DNA of 40,924 nucleotides from a bacterium (GTDB lineage Bacteria; Patescibacteriota; Dojkabacteria; JAKAPS01; JAJZLI01): NCBI GenBank assembly GCA_021803645.1, contig JAJZLI010000032.1, positions 1 to 40,924 of the forward strand, read 5' to 3'. Shown piece by piece: positions 25,539 to 35,292 of this stretch (position 1 is its first letter; each line of letters starts with the position of its first letter). The notes under the pieces were generated by a model. It saw only the letters and a program-made list of their open reading frames with translations, ran no database searches and was not told where the DNA came from. The position numbers and the translations under genes were made by a program.

Positions 25539-28500
25539 ATGAGCAGTTTATTATTTTTACGTACAAGCAAGCAGGTAAAATCATCCTTGGGGTTTATTAT
25601 TATATTTTCTTTGTTTCTATCCTTGGTCTTTATTAATTTTCGTGTGCTTGCAGGTCCTCCTCCCAGTATATCTTCAGTAAATATAACTGCAACAACTTGT
25701 TCATCAACTATTGCAAATGGTGTAACTTCTGCAAGGGTAGGAGATACCCTTCAGATAAATGGAAGTAACTTTGGCAGTTCTACTGGATCTGTTACTGTTA
25801 ATGGAGGTTCATTTAGTATTTCTTCTTGGTCCTCTTCTGTAATAGAAGGTAGTATATCGGGTACAGGAACCATAACTGGAAATATTGATGTTGTAGTTGG
25901 AAGTAGAACTGCAACATTTTCATTTACACTTAATCCATGTATAACATCTATTTCTCCTACCTCTGGTGGGGCTGGTACAAGTGTTACTATATCTGGAAAT
26001 GAATTCGGATCCAGTCCAGGTACAGGCAATTACGATACCTCTACTAATAATATTACTTTGAGTGGTACTGCAATACCAACAGGAGATGTCACTTCATGGT
26101 CAACAAGTCAGATTGTATTTAATGTTCCTTCGGGTTCAACTTCGGGTAATATTGTTGTCACGGCAAGTGGAAATGTATCTAATGGTATGACTTTTTCTTT
26201 GTCCTCACCCCCAAATCTCCCTAACAATTTAGCACAGGATACATTAGCCCAGACTCTTACTCCATCCACTTACTATTATGAAGTTTCGGCAGTTACTAAG
26301 TATGGTGAGAGTAATGTTTCCTCTGCAGTTTCTGTTACAAATTCTTCTGGAGATGTGAATTCTGTGGTATGGAATCCTGTAGTCGGTGCAAGTTCATATA
26401 ATGTATATAGAGGTACAAGTGCTACAGATATGACTCAGTATGTAAATACACAGAATACATATTTGATTGATGATGCAAGTGTTACTTGGAAAAGTTTAGG
26501 AGGTATTAGTTGGAGTGGTTTTGGGGATTTATCATCTGCTACGAGTGTTGAATATGATGGATATGTGTATGTCATGGGAGGATACAATGGAAGCTCCTAT
26601 TTAGATACAGTATATTATGCCCAGTTGTTGCAGGTGGGTGGTGTTGGTACTTGGATTAGTTCACCCAACACTCTTCCAGATACAAATGGGATAGCTTATG
26701 CAACAAGTGTTGAATATGATGGATATGTATACTTAATTGGAGGAGGTAACTCTTCCAGTAGTGTTTTAGGTACTGTGTATTATTCTAAATTGTCTCCTTC
26801 TGGAGGAGTGGGTCCTTGGAGTAGTACAAGTTCACTTCCAAATGCAAATGGAATAGATGGTGCAACGAGTGTTGAATACCATGGATATGTTTATGTAATG
26901 GGAGGGTATAATGGAAGCTCTTCTTTAGATACAGTATATTATGCCCAGTTGTTGCAGACGGGTGGTGTTGGAACCTGGAGCAGTTCATCCAACACTCTTC
27001 CAAATACAAATGGTATAGAGGGAGCAACAAGTGTTGAATATGATGGATATGTGTATGTTATAGGTGGATATGACGGAAGCTCTTATTTAAATACAGTATA
27101 TTATGCTCAGTTATCTTCAACAGGAGGAGTGGGCACTTGGAGTACCTCCAGTAATACTTTCCCAATTTCAGGTGGAATATATTCTGCTATGAGTGTTGAA
27201 TATAATGGATATGTGTATGTCATGGGAGGACTTAGTGGGTCTAGTACTGAGAATACAATATATTATTCTCAACTCTCTTCAACAGGAGGAGTGGGTACTT
27301 GGAGTAGTTCAGGTAACTCACTTCCAAATGCAAATGGAATAGATGCTTCTACTAGTGTTGAATATGCTGGATATGCATATGTCATTGGTGGTTATAGTCA
27401 AAGCTCAGACGATTATTTAAATACAGTCTACTATGCTCAGTTATCTTCAACAGGAGGAGTTAATTCATGGATTAATACAGTTAATTTTTTACCTAGTGGA
27501 ATATCTGGTGCCTCGAGTGTTGAATATGATGGATATGTGTATGTCATGGGAGGATATAATGGAACCTCTTATTTAAATACAGTATATTATGCCCTGTTAT
27601 TATCAATAGGTGGTGTTGGTGCATGGAGTAGTTCAACCAATACTCTTCCAAATATAAATGGAATCGCTTATGCAACTAGTGTTGAATATGATGGGTATGT
27701 GTATTTGTTGGGTGGGTATAATTCTACCAATGGTGTTTTAGGTACAGTATATTATGCTCAATTATCTTCTTCTGGAGGGGTGGGTACTTGGAGTAGTTCA
27801 AGTAATGTACTTCCAAATGCAAATGGAATAGATGCTGCCTCAAGTGTAGAATATAATGGGTATATTTACATAATAGGAGGAAATAATGCAACTAATGGTA
27901 CATTGGATACGGTTTACTATGCCCAACTATCTTCAACTGGAGGGGTGGGTACTTGGGGTAGTTCAAGTAACTTACTTCCAAATTCGTATGGGATAGATCA
28001 TGCAAGCAGTATAGTATATGACGGGTATGTGTATTTATTGGGTGGATATAACGGAACTAATGGGTATTTGTCTACAGTCTACTATGCTTCGTTATCATCC
28101 ACTGGAGGTGTAAATGCTTGGAGTACATCCAGTAATAATCTTACATACGGAGTAGCTGATGCTGTATGTGAGGAATATGATGGTTATGTATATTTAATGG
28201 GAGGATATAATTCGTCTAGTGGATATCTTGGTAATGTATCTTATTCACAACTGTCTTCAACTGGAGGGATTAGTTCTTGGTATAACTTGTCGAGTAGTCT
28301 TCCAACAGCTGCAGGGTTAGGTGATTCTGTAGGTGCTGAGTATGACGGATACATATATACTATAGGGGGATACGATAATGAATACTTATCTGATGTATAT
28401 TATGCTCATATCAATAATGTTCCTGATGGATCTTTCTCTAGCTTAGCATTCACGGATACAAATCAAAATACTTTATCTTGGTCTTCTGTTTCTGGTGCCA

Positions 28501-31343
28501 CAGGATACAAAGTATACAGAGGAACTTCTCCTGGATCAGAGAATTTGTATTATGTAATTTATGGAGGTAGCATTACTACATTTGTTGATTCTGGCCAACC
28601 AGGTACTTCAGGTTCAACTACTACAGGATCTATTTCTTCTCCATCAATCTCAAGTGTTGTAACTTCTCCTACTGGAGGGACTCTTCCTTATGGTACAGTA
28701 TATTATTATAAGGTAAGTGCTTTTGATAGTTCTGGAGAGGGAAACCCCTCATCAGAGGTATCAATTACAACCAATGGCGCTCTTTCTCCCCCGACGGGAC
28801 TTACAGCCACTGTTGTAACTGCAAATGGGTCTACTGCCATAAGTGGTAGTGCATGGACCAATACTAAAGAAGTATCTCTTTCTGCAGACATATCTTCTCC
28901 AAATAGCTCTGATACTCTATATCTACTTGTAGAAGTGGAGCCAATTGGTTTGAACTTTTCAGGTGGTACTTCAAATTTTGTAACATCAGGCACTGGAGTA
29001 TATGAGTCTTCTGCATATACATATACTGGTACTGCATTGTTGGCATCAGTTACTGTAATATTACCTTCATCAGGGGAGTATCATTGGCAAGCTGCTGTAC
29101 TGGGAAATGGAGGGTCCTCTGGTTATACTGTTTCTAGTTTGGATTTTTATCTTGATGAGACTCCTCCATCGACTAATAATGTCGGAGTAATGGCTTGGTC
29201 TAGTGCACCTACTCAGATATTCTCTGATGGTTTTGAAAGTGGAACAATTCTTACTAGTGACTCTCCTGCAGGTGCATGGACCGCTGATGGTGGATCATCC
29301 CTTCCTGTTGTTCAAAATAATATTCAAGGGCCAGTCTTAGCAGGAACTTATTCTTGTAATATGTCCACTTCTTCTGGTGGCACGAGTTATATTAGCAAAA
29401 CTCTTACAACGGGAGTAGCTTCCCTGCAGGTTAGAGAATACTTATACATTTCTTCTGTATATCTTGCAACCTCTAGTGACTATATAACTATTATGCAGTT
29501 TGTTGGAAGTTCTGGTACAATTGCATCCTTAAATCTACTTGGTACTTCAAGTAGTGATTCATATATCCTTGAGCTTGATAATAATGTTACAGGAACTACT
29601 CTTGATACAGGATTATCTACTCTTACTATGGGTGAGTGGTATGCAATAACTTTTAATGTAAGTATAAGTTCTAGCTCAGGAACATTATCAGTCTATGTAA
29701 ATGGAGTACAAGATGAATCTCTTTCGGCAGAAAATACAGGTTCATCTGATATTACTGGAGTTAGTCTTGGTGCTGTGGCAGATTCTACTAGTAATGATAG
29801 CATTAATATGAATATAGATAATGTAAGGTTTGAGAATACTAGCGGATTATCACTTCTGTCTTATGATAACCCTACTCCATATACATATACTACTCCGTAT
29901 TTTGAGTTCTTGGGAGAAGCAGATTATCAAAGTGGAGTTAATGATTATGGAGTGTATTTTGGAACTAGTAATTTGGGTTATCCCTCTTCAAAACAAACTA
30001 CAGAGTATTATCAGTCTTCTGCGTTGTCAACTGCTGGAGTATATTACCTCAATGTTGTAGTTTATGATAATGTTGGTAATGATTCGGCTGTTAATGTTAA
30101 TTTTGAATATAACTTTGTTCCACCTGCCTCAGGTAGTGTTCCTAATGCACCTTCTGCACTTGGTCAATTTAAGGCTAATGGTACTACAGTAATTGCCAAT
30201 CAGGCATGGACGACTGATGGTATAACTACAAACATTGTATTTCAATTTTCTATGACATCTCCAAATTCTACAGATACTCTTACTCCGGAGATAGAGCTTG
30301 AACCAAATGGTACTGCATTTACAGGAACTCCAAATTATACAGGAACTGCTGTTGCATATTCTGGAACCGCTGTGACAGGAGTTGTTGATGTATCCGGCCT
30401 TACTAATTGTCAAACATATCATTGGGAGGCTTTTATAGGTAATTCAACAGGATTGTCTACCGCGACAGTTTTCAATACTACGACACCAAATTTTGGAGTA
30501 ACTAATCAGTCTCCTACTGCAGGGACAGTTTATGATGGTAGTTCTAATGGATCAGAGGTGTCTGCAAATTCCAACATTGCCTCTATGTCTGCAAACTGGA
30601 CAGGTTTTTCTGATACTTGTTCTGGACTCTCGTCTACTCCATATACTGTTGCAGTAGGTACTTCTCCTGGGTCTTCAAATGTATATGCTGCATCTTCTTC
30701 TAATATAACATTAAATAATCCTTCTCCATATAATACTTGGTCATATGCTAATATGGCAATTCATACAGGGGCAACTTATTATATTACTGTGACTGCAGTG
30801 AATAATGCAGGTCTTACAACTTCAGTTACTTCTACAGGTCAGTATGTAGAACCTTCTTTATCCTTTTCTATAAATTCTTCTAATGTGAATTTGGGACACT
30901 GGAATGCTGGAAATTCATATACCTCAACAGGAACTTCCTCTTTATCTGTATTAACGAATGCATATAATGGATATACTGTCTCAGCATATGAGACAGGTCT
31001 GTTATCCTTGGTATTAGATTCTCTTGTGAGCATTCCTAATTTTTCTGCTGGAACATATAGCTCTCCAGCAACTTGGGCCTCTGGGGATATAGGGTTTGGT
31101 TATACCTCATCATGTACAAATATTGGAGGAGTTAATAAATTTGGAAGTGGTACTTTGTATGCACCTTTTTCGTCGTCAGGCCCAGGAGATATACTTGCTG
31201 AAAATTTAAATAGTATAACTGGGGCAACATATACTGGAGTAGCTGACACATATACTATTACGTACAAGGTTGAAGCTTCAAGTAATCAAGCTGCGGGAGA
31301 GTATCAGACCAATATAGTGTATACAGTTATTCCTTCTTTCTAG
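25539..31343 (+). CDS. Giant secreted/surface protein (1934 aa): signal anchor, 2 IPT/TIG-like domains, Fn3-like domains, 12 Kelch-type blades, LamG/ConA-like lectin domain, C-terminal WxL-like domain
   Basis: An AGGGAG Shine-Dalgarno sequence precedes the ATG, and the N-terminus is hydrophobic. IPT-like segments include ITSISPTSGGAGTSVTISGNEFG. Fn3-like segments include SWSSVSGATGYKVYRGTS. Twelve repeats follow the SVEYDGYVYVMGGYNG..L.TVYYAQLSSTGGVGTWSSS.N.LPN.NGI pattern. A LamG-like region contains FSDGFESG and MGEWYAITFNVS..LSVYVNG. The C-terminal ~165 aa are shared with ORF 32276-33328. Confidence 0.8.
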   Translation: MSSLLFLRTSKQVKSSLGFIIIFSLFLSLVFINFRVLAGPPPSISSVNITATTCSSTIANGVTSARVGDTLQINGSNFGSSTGSVTVNGGSFSISSWSSSVIEGSISGTGTITGNIDVVVGSRTATFSFTLNPCITSISPTSGGAGTSVTISGNEFGSSPGTGNYDTSTNNITLSGTAIPTGDVTSWSTSQIVFNVPSGSTSGNIVVTASGNVSNGMTFSLSSPPNLPNNLAQDTLAQTLTPSTYYYEVSAVTKYGESNVSSAVSVTNSSGDVNSVVWNPVVGASSYNVYRGTSATDMTQYVNTQNTYLIDDASVTWKSLGGISWSGFGDLSSATSVEYDGYVYVMGGYNGSSYLDTVYYAQLLQVGGVGTWISSPNTLPDTNGIAYATSVEYDGYVYLIGGGNSSSSVLGTVYYSKLSPSGGVGPWSSTSSLPNANGIDGATSVEYHGYVYVMGGYNGSSSLDTVYYAQLLQTGGVGTWSSSSNTLPNTNGIEGATSVEYDGYVYVIGGYDGSSYLNTVYYAQLSSTGGVGTWSTSSNTFPISGGIYSAMSVEYNGYVYVMGGLSGSSTENTIYYSQLSSTGGVGTWSSSGNSLPNANGIDASTSVEYAGYAYVIGGYSQSSDDYLNTVYYAQLSSTGGVNSWINTVNFLPSGISGASSVEYDGYVYVMGGYNGTSYLNTVYYALLLSIGGVGAWSSSTNTLPNINGIAYATSVEYDGYVYLLGGYNSTNGVLGTVYYAQLSSSGGVGTWSSSSNVLPNANGIDAASSVEYNGYIYIIGGNNATNGTLDTVYYAQLSSTGGVGTWGSSSNLLPNSYGIDHASSIVYDGYVYLLGGYNGTNGYLSTVYYASLSSTGGVNAWSTSSNNLTYGVADAVCEEYDGYVYLMGGYNSSSGYLGNVSYSQLSSTGGISSWYNLSSSLPTAAGLGDSVGAEYDGYIYTIGGYDNEYLSDVYYAHINNVPDGSFSSLAFTDTNQNTLSWSSVSGATGYKVYRGTSPGSENLYYVIYGGSITTFVDSGQPGTSGSTTTGSISSPSISSVVTSPTGGTLPYGTVYYYKVSAFDSSGEGNPSSEVSITTNGALSPPTGLTATVVTANGSTAISGSAWTNTKEVSLSADISSPNSSDTLYLLVEVEPIGLNFSGGTSNFVTSGTGVYESSAYTYTGTALLASVTVILPSSGEYHWQAAVLGNGGSSGYTVSSLDFYLDETPPSTNNVGVMAWSSAPTQIFSDGFESGTILTSDSPAGAWTADGGSSLPVVQNNIQGPVLAGTYSCNMSTSSGGTSYISKTLTTGVASLQVREYLYISSVYLATSSDYITIMQFVGSSGTIASLNLLGTSSSDSYILELDNNVTGTTLDTGLSTLTMGEWYAITFNVSISSSSGTLSVYVNGVQDESLSAENTGSSDITGVSLGAVADSTSNDSINMNIDNVRFENTSGLSLLSYDNPTPYTYTTPYFEFLGEADYQSGVNDYGVYFGTSNLGYPSSKQTTEYYQSSALSTAGVYYLNVVVYDNVGNDSAVNVNFEYNFVPPASGSVPNAPSALGQFKANGTTVIANQAWTTDGITTNIVFQFSMTSPNSTDTLTPEIELEPNGTAFTGTPNYTGTAVAYSGTAVTGVVDVSGLTNCQTYHWEAFIGNSTGLSTATVFNTTTPNFGVTNQSPTAGTVYDGSSNGSEVSANSNIASMSANWTGFSDTCSGLSSTPYTVAVGTSPGSSNVYAASSSNITLNNPSPYNTWSYANMAIHTGATYYITVTAVNNAGLTTSVTSTGQYVEPSLSFSINSSNVNLGHWNAGNSYTSTGTSSLSVLTNAYNGYTVSAYETGLLSLVLDSLVSIPNFSAGTYSSPATWASGDIGFGYTSSCTNIGGVNKFGSGTLYAPFSSSGPGDILAENLNSITGATYTGVADTYTITYKVEASSNQAAGEYQTNIVYTVIPSF
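26544..28412 (+). repeat. Array of 12 tandem Kelch-blade coding repeats (period about 162 nt)
   Basis: Units start at 26544, 26706, 26868, 27030 and onward. Long exact nucleotide matches occur between units. Examples are agtgttgaatatgatggatatgtgtatgt and ttagatacagtatattatgcccagttgttgcag. Confidence 0.9.
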
Positions 31344-31347
31344 ATTT

Positions 31348-32274
31348 ATGAAAAAAACCTTAATTTTGATATTTTTATCAATTTCATTTTTAATACTATC
31401 AAAAGGTGTTTATGCTAGTGGTATTACAAGTAATCTCTCAGGGAGTGTATCTCCTACTATAAATTACATTACATTAGATAAGGGATCTAATGAATTAGAA
31501 AATATTACCTATTACAATACTTCCTCAGTTAATGAATTGGTTTACTTATATTCTATGAATTTTATGACAAATATTAATGGAAATGTTACATTTTCATATC
31601 GTTCTGTAAAAGGGTCATCTGATTTATGGGTTTCTTTCGTAAAAAACAGCTATTTAGTCTATCCCCATAGTAAAATAGATATTCCTGTATATATAAAGGT
31701 TCCTTCATACGCCATTCCTGGGGGACACTATGTATCTGTGTTTTTTCAAGTTTCAAGTGAGGGGGCATTAACAAACTCAAATGTGGGTGTTATATCTCGT
31801 ATAGCTGCCTTATTTTTTATTAATATAAATGGAAATATCTTCTATAATGCAGAAATTTCATCTTCTGTATTTAATGCGCCTTATTGGCATATCGGATCTT
31901 TTTATTTTCCTCTTTTTTATATACGAAAGTATACGATTGTCAATATTATCTATAATAAAGGTAATACATATATTGATAGTTTAGGAAATATTAATATTGT
32001 AAATTCTTATACCAATAATAGAAAATCATATACTTTACCAGAACACCTTATTTTACAAGGTGTAGCAAGAAAGTTACAAACAGAGATTAATAATCACGCA
32101 TTGAATTTTGGTAAATATAAAATTACATCAACTGTGTTTTATGGATTCAAACAGAATAGTAAGAACGGTTTTATTATTTTTGTCTTTCCTTTATATGTTA
32201 TTTTCCTATTGACAGGATTTTTGTTATTGGTTATATTGGTTGTATATAAGTTTATAAAAAAGGTAAAAGCGTAG
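31348..32274 (+). CDS. Signal-peptide protein with a C-terminal TM anchor, possibly CscA/DUF916-like (paralog of 33404-34348)
   Basis: It has a signal peptide (LILIFLSISFLILSKGVYA) and a C-terminal TM helix plus basic tail (FLLTGFLLLVILVVYKFIKKVKA). The segments SPTINYITLDKGSNELENITYYNTS and LWVSF..LVYPHSKIDIPVYIKVPSYAIPGGHYVSVFF align by eye with ORF 33404-34348. Confidence 0.5.
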   Translation: MKKTLILIFLSISFLILSKGVYASGITSNLSGSVSPTINYITLDKGSNELENITYYNTSSVNELVYLYSMNFMTNINGNVTFSYRSVKGSSDLWVSFVKNSYLVYPHSKIDIPVYIKVPSYAIPGGHYVSVFFQVSSEGALTNSNVGVISRIAALFFININGNIFYNAEISSSVFNAPYWHIGSFYFPLFYIRKYTIVNIIYNKGNTYIDSLGNINIVNSYTNNRKSYTLPEHLILQGVARKLQTEINNHALNFGKYKITSTVFYGFKQNSKNGFIIFVFPLYVIFLLTGFLLLVILVVYKFIKKVKA

Positions 32275-32275
32275 T

Positions 32276-33328
32276 ATGTTTAAAATTTATTTGTATAGAT
32301 TGGTTTTGATTTTAGCGTCATTATCTTTAATATTTTCTGTTTTTCTAGGAGATGTTATTGCTGCAGGAAATGTTACTGTTTCTCATGCTTCCATTACTTT
32401 ATCGAATTCAAATCCTGGAACTAGTACAAATGAAAAAATTGCATGGACTCCTAGTGATACTACTGATGCTATTTCTACTATATCAATTCAGTATGCTACT
32501 ACAGCTACAGGTACTACTATTCCATCTGGGCTTACAATGTCAGCAACACCTACTGTAACTATATCTGGATTTGGTTCTGCTACAGCTACGGGGGCATATT
32601 CTTCTTCTACTGGGGTGTTAACTGTAACCTTGTCTACAGCAACTGCACAGTCATCTTCTGGGGTTAGTGTAACTGTTGATAATGTTACAAACCCTAATGC
32701 TGGAGTGTTTTATGTACAGGTGTCTGTAGAGACTTCTACTCCTACTGTTGTGGACTATGGTGTAATGGCAACAGAAACTGTTGCCCAAGTTGTTGTTTCT
32801 GGGACAATGGATCCTTCATTATCTTTTACAATTACTGGGGTTGCTTCAGGAACGGCTACATCGACTACAGGTGCTGAAAATACAACAACTGTAACTACTA
32901 CAGCAACAACAGTTCCTTTTGCAACATTGTCTGTTTCGTCAACAAACGTTGCTTCTCAGGAGATTACTACTACTACAAATGCTGCAAATGGATATACTGT
33001 GACTTTGCAAGAAAACCAATTATTAACTAATAGTGGTGGAAGTACTATCTCAAATGTTACTGCTGGAACATGGACTACTAATACAACTACAGGTTTTGGA
33101 GTGAATGTAACTCAGGGGGATGCTAATACTACTTTGTTTACAAGTAATTCTATTTATGAACCAATTCCTGTTTCTCCTTCTACTCCAGTGACTTTGGCTT
33201 CTAAAACATCACCTACCACCTCTAGTGGTGATAGTGAATATGTAAATTTTCAACTTGGAGTAACTGCAGCTCAAGCAGCAGGTACTTACACAAATGATTT
33301 AGATTATGTTGTAACCCCTACATATTAA
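32276..33328 (+). CDS. Secreted T/S-rich protein with a WxL-like C-terminal domain shared with the giant protein
   Basis: It has a signal peptide ending VIAAG. The C-terminal half (DPSLSFTITG...NAANGYTVTLQENQLL...GFGVNV...AAGTYTNDLDYVVTPTY) parallels the giant protein's C-terminus (EPSLSFSINS...NAYNGYTVSAYETGLL...GFGYTS...AAGEYQTNIVYTVIPSF). Confidence 0.5.
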   Translation: MFKIYLYRLVLILASLSLIFSVFLGDVIAAGNVTVSHASITLSNSNPGTSTNEKIAWTPSDTTDAISTISIQYATTATGTTIPSGLTMSATPTVTISGFGSATATGAYSSSTGVLTVTLSTATAQSSSGVSVTVDNVTNPNAGVFYVQVSVETSTPTVVDYGVMATETVAQVVVSGTMDPSLSFTITGVASGTATSTTGAENTTTVTTTATTVPFATLSVSSTNVASQEITTTTNAANGYTVTLQENQLLTNSGGSTISNVTAGTWTTNTTTGFGVNVTQGDANTTLFTSNSIYEPIPVSPSTPVTLASKTSPTTSSGDSEYVNFQLGVTAAQAAGTYTNDLDYVVTPTY

Positions 33329-33367
33329 AATGTTATTTGTGTTAAATTTGTTTACTTCCTTGCATTT

Positions 33368-33376
33368 TGTTAAAAT
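33368..33376 (+). promoter_or_regulatory. Extended -10-like element TGTTAAAAT upstream of 33404 gene
   Basis: The same 9-mer occurs upstream of dnaJ. It lies 28 nt before the ATG, in the only sizeable intergenic gap of the cluster. Confidence 0.3.
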
Positions 33377-33403
33377 GTACGTGTTTAAACATGGATTAGC
33401 TAT

Positions 33404-34348
33404 ATGAGTAAGTACATCAAGTTTTTAATTGTATTTTTTACTGTCTTTGTAGTTTTTTCTATTTTACATGCACATATTTTTGCAAGCTCTCAGGAGAGTA
33501 CTGGCGTTATAATCTCTCCTCCAATATTTTCAAATTTAACAGCCAACCCAGGAGATACTCTTATTAATGAGATAAAAGTGTATAATACATCGCCTAATAT
33601 TCTGAATGCTAATATCTTAGTAGATAACTATGTGCCTGTAGGAAAGTATGGAGCCGTTAAGCTTACTAACCCTAATGTTTCTACAGACTATTCTTTAGCT
33701 TCATGGGTAAGTGTTTCCCCTTCTTCTATTTCTGTTGCCCCTGGTTCTTTTCAGTATGTAAAATTTGCAATTAATGTTCCCATAAATGCTCAGCCTGGAA
33801 GTAAATTTGCATCTATTGTAGTATCAATTGCACCTAGTTCAAATGGAACTTCTGGGAGCGGAATTGGTACTGAAATTGGGTCATTAATACTGCTTACTGT
33901 ATCTGGAAATGTTAATGTGTCAGCATCACTTAAAAGTTTTCAAGTTTTTCCATATTTTTCAAGAAATTCTGTAATACATTTTAACCAAACAATTGAAGAT
34001 ACTGGTGATGTAACAATTAAACCATATGGGAAAATTGTTATTTCAAATATTTTTAATCATATAGTAAAGGTTATTCCTATTGAGGAGTTGGATGTAATTC
34101 CTCAAGCAGAAAGAGTATCTTCAGAAACCATTAATGGGAAGGGACTTTTTGGTATATATAGAGCGTCCTTATTTGTAAATTACAATAGTGAAGGAAAGGG
34201 AGGAACTTTGGTTGGTAATTCAACATTTATTGTAATTCCAATTTTTAAGATAATCGGTGTATTGATACTGCTTGCACTGATATTTATTTTTAGAAGAAAT
34301 ATTATAAGAGCTTTAAAGGTATTGTTTTCAAAAAACCCTGAAATGTGA
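33404..34348 (+). CDS. Signal-peptide protein with a C-terminal TM anchor, possibly CscA/DUF916-like (paralog of 31348-32274)
   Basis: It has a signal peptide (FTVFVVFSILHAHIFA). ISPPIFSNLTANPGDTLINEIKVYNTS and SWVSVSPSSISVAPGSFQYVKFAINVPINAQPGSKFASIVV are typical of the beta-sandwich surface-protein pattern. The C-terminal TM is IIGVLILLALIFIFRRN. Confidence 0.5.
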   Translation: MSKYIKFLIVFFTVFVVFSILHAHIFASSQESTGVIISPPIFSNLTANPGDTLINEIKVYNTSPNILNANILVDNYVPVGKYGAVKLTNPNVSTDYSLASWVSVSPSSISVAPGSFQYVKFAINVPINAQPGSKFASIVVSIAPSSNGTSGSGIGTEIGSLILLTVSGNVNVSASLKSFQVFPYFSRNSVIHFNQTIEDTGDVTIKPYGKIVISNIFNHIVKVIPIEELDVIPQAERVSSETINGKGLFGIYRASLFVNYNSEGKGGTLVGNSTFIVIPIFKIIGVLILLALIFIFRRNIIRALKVLFSKNPEM

Positions 34349-35292
34349 TGTTAACTCATTTAAAGAAATTTAAAGTGGAGTATATTATAGCACTATTTTT
34401 ATACATATTTTTTCCAGTAATTGTCCATGCAGCACCTTCCAATTATAATGTTGGAGTTTCTGTGTCTGTTCCTCCAACAACAGTCGTTTTTAATGGATAT
34501 ACTTCTCCTTCTGCTTTTGTATATGTTGAGCAAAATGGATCAGTTTTAGCTACAGGATCTGCTTCTGACACTGGTAGTTTTCATATTTCAATTGAATATA
34601 TCTCAAGCGGTATTGAAAATTACCAACTATATTCTCAGGATACTGAGGGCCTTAATAGTAGTATATTTAATATATCTGATAATATTCTAAGTGATACTAT
34701 TAATACAGTGTCTGATATCAACCTCTCGCCGTCTATAAAATATGAAGAAAGTGGCAATGTATTCACTATAAGTGGAATGGCTACTCCAGGAAGTAATTTA
34801 GAAATATTCATGAATACTCTTCTTTATAAGAGTACTCAGTCATCTATTTCTGGTGTATGGTCATATAGTTTAACAAATCTTCCAAGTGGAAAGGTAACTC
34901 TATCTGCTCTTGATATAACTGAAAGCGGTATCATATCTAATCAGTCAGATATTGTTTCTTTTGATGTCTCAAATACAATAGTCAATACAGAAACTATTAA
35001 AGTATACTCACCTACTCTTGTACAAAATGTCTCCAGTTCAAATTCTTTACATATAGTATCCTCACCTTTACCTAATAGTAAATTACAACCTCCTCCTGTA
35101 TCAGTTGTAAGTCACGTAACCAAACCTGTAATTAATCCTATAGTTCAAGCAGTACCAAAATACTCTGAGATAGAGAATTCTCCAGGAGAAAAGTATATTG
35201 AGCCTATATCACTTGCAATATTAATATTATCATCTCCTTTATTGTTATTTTTTATATGGAAGATAATATTATCTATTATTAGACTGAGATAA
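34345..35292 (+). CDS. Surface protein with two Ig-like repeats, a P/S-rich stalk and a C-terminal hydrophobic anchor plus RLR tail
   Basis: It has a signal peptide (LFLYIFFPVIVHA|AP) and two similar beta-rich modules. The C-terminus (ISLAILILSSPLLLFFIWKIILSIIRLR) resembles a cell-wall sorting signal, but without a recognisable LPXTG. The start overlaps the upstream stop (ATGTGATG). Confidence 0.55.
   Translation: MMLTHLKKFKVEYIIALFLYIFFPVIVHAAPSNYNVGVSVSVPPTTVVFNGYTSPSAFVYVEQNGSVLATGSASDTGSFHISIEYISSGIENYQLYSQDTEGLNSSIFNISDNILSDTINTVSDINLSPSIKYEESGNVFTISGMATPGSNLEIFMNTLLYKSTQSSISGVWSYSLTNLPSGKVTLSALDITESGIISNQSDIVSFDVSNTIVNTETIKVYSPTLVQNVSSSNSLHIVSSPLPNSKLQPPPVSVVSHVTKPVINPIVQAVPKYSEIENSPGEKYIEPISLAILILSSPLLLFFIWKIILSIIRLR

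Noticed and set aside
26544-28412. Regularly spaced ~162-nt repeats could be mistaken for a CRISPR-like or satellite array.
   Set aside because: The repeats are in frame within one long ORF and encode Kelch-type blades. There is no short direct-repeat/unique-spacer structure. No CRISPR array or cas gene is visible anywhere in the window.
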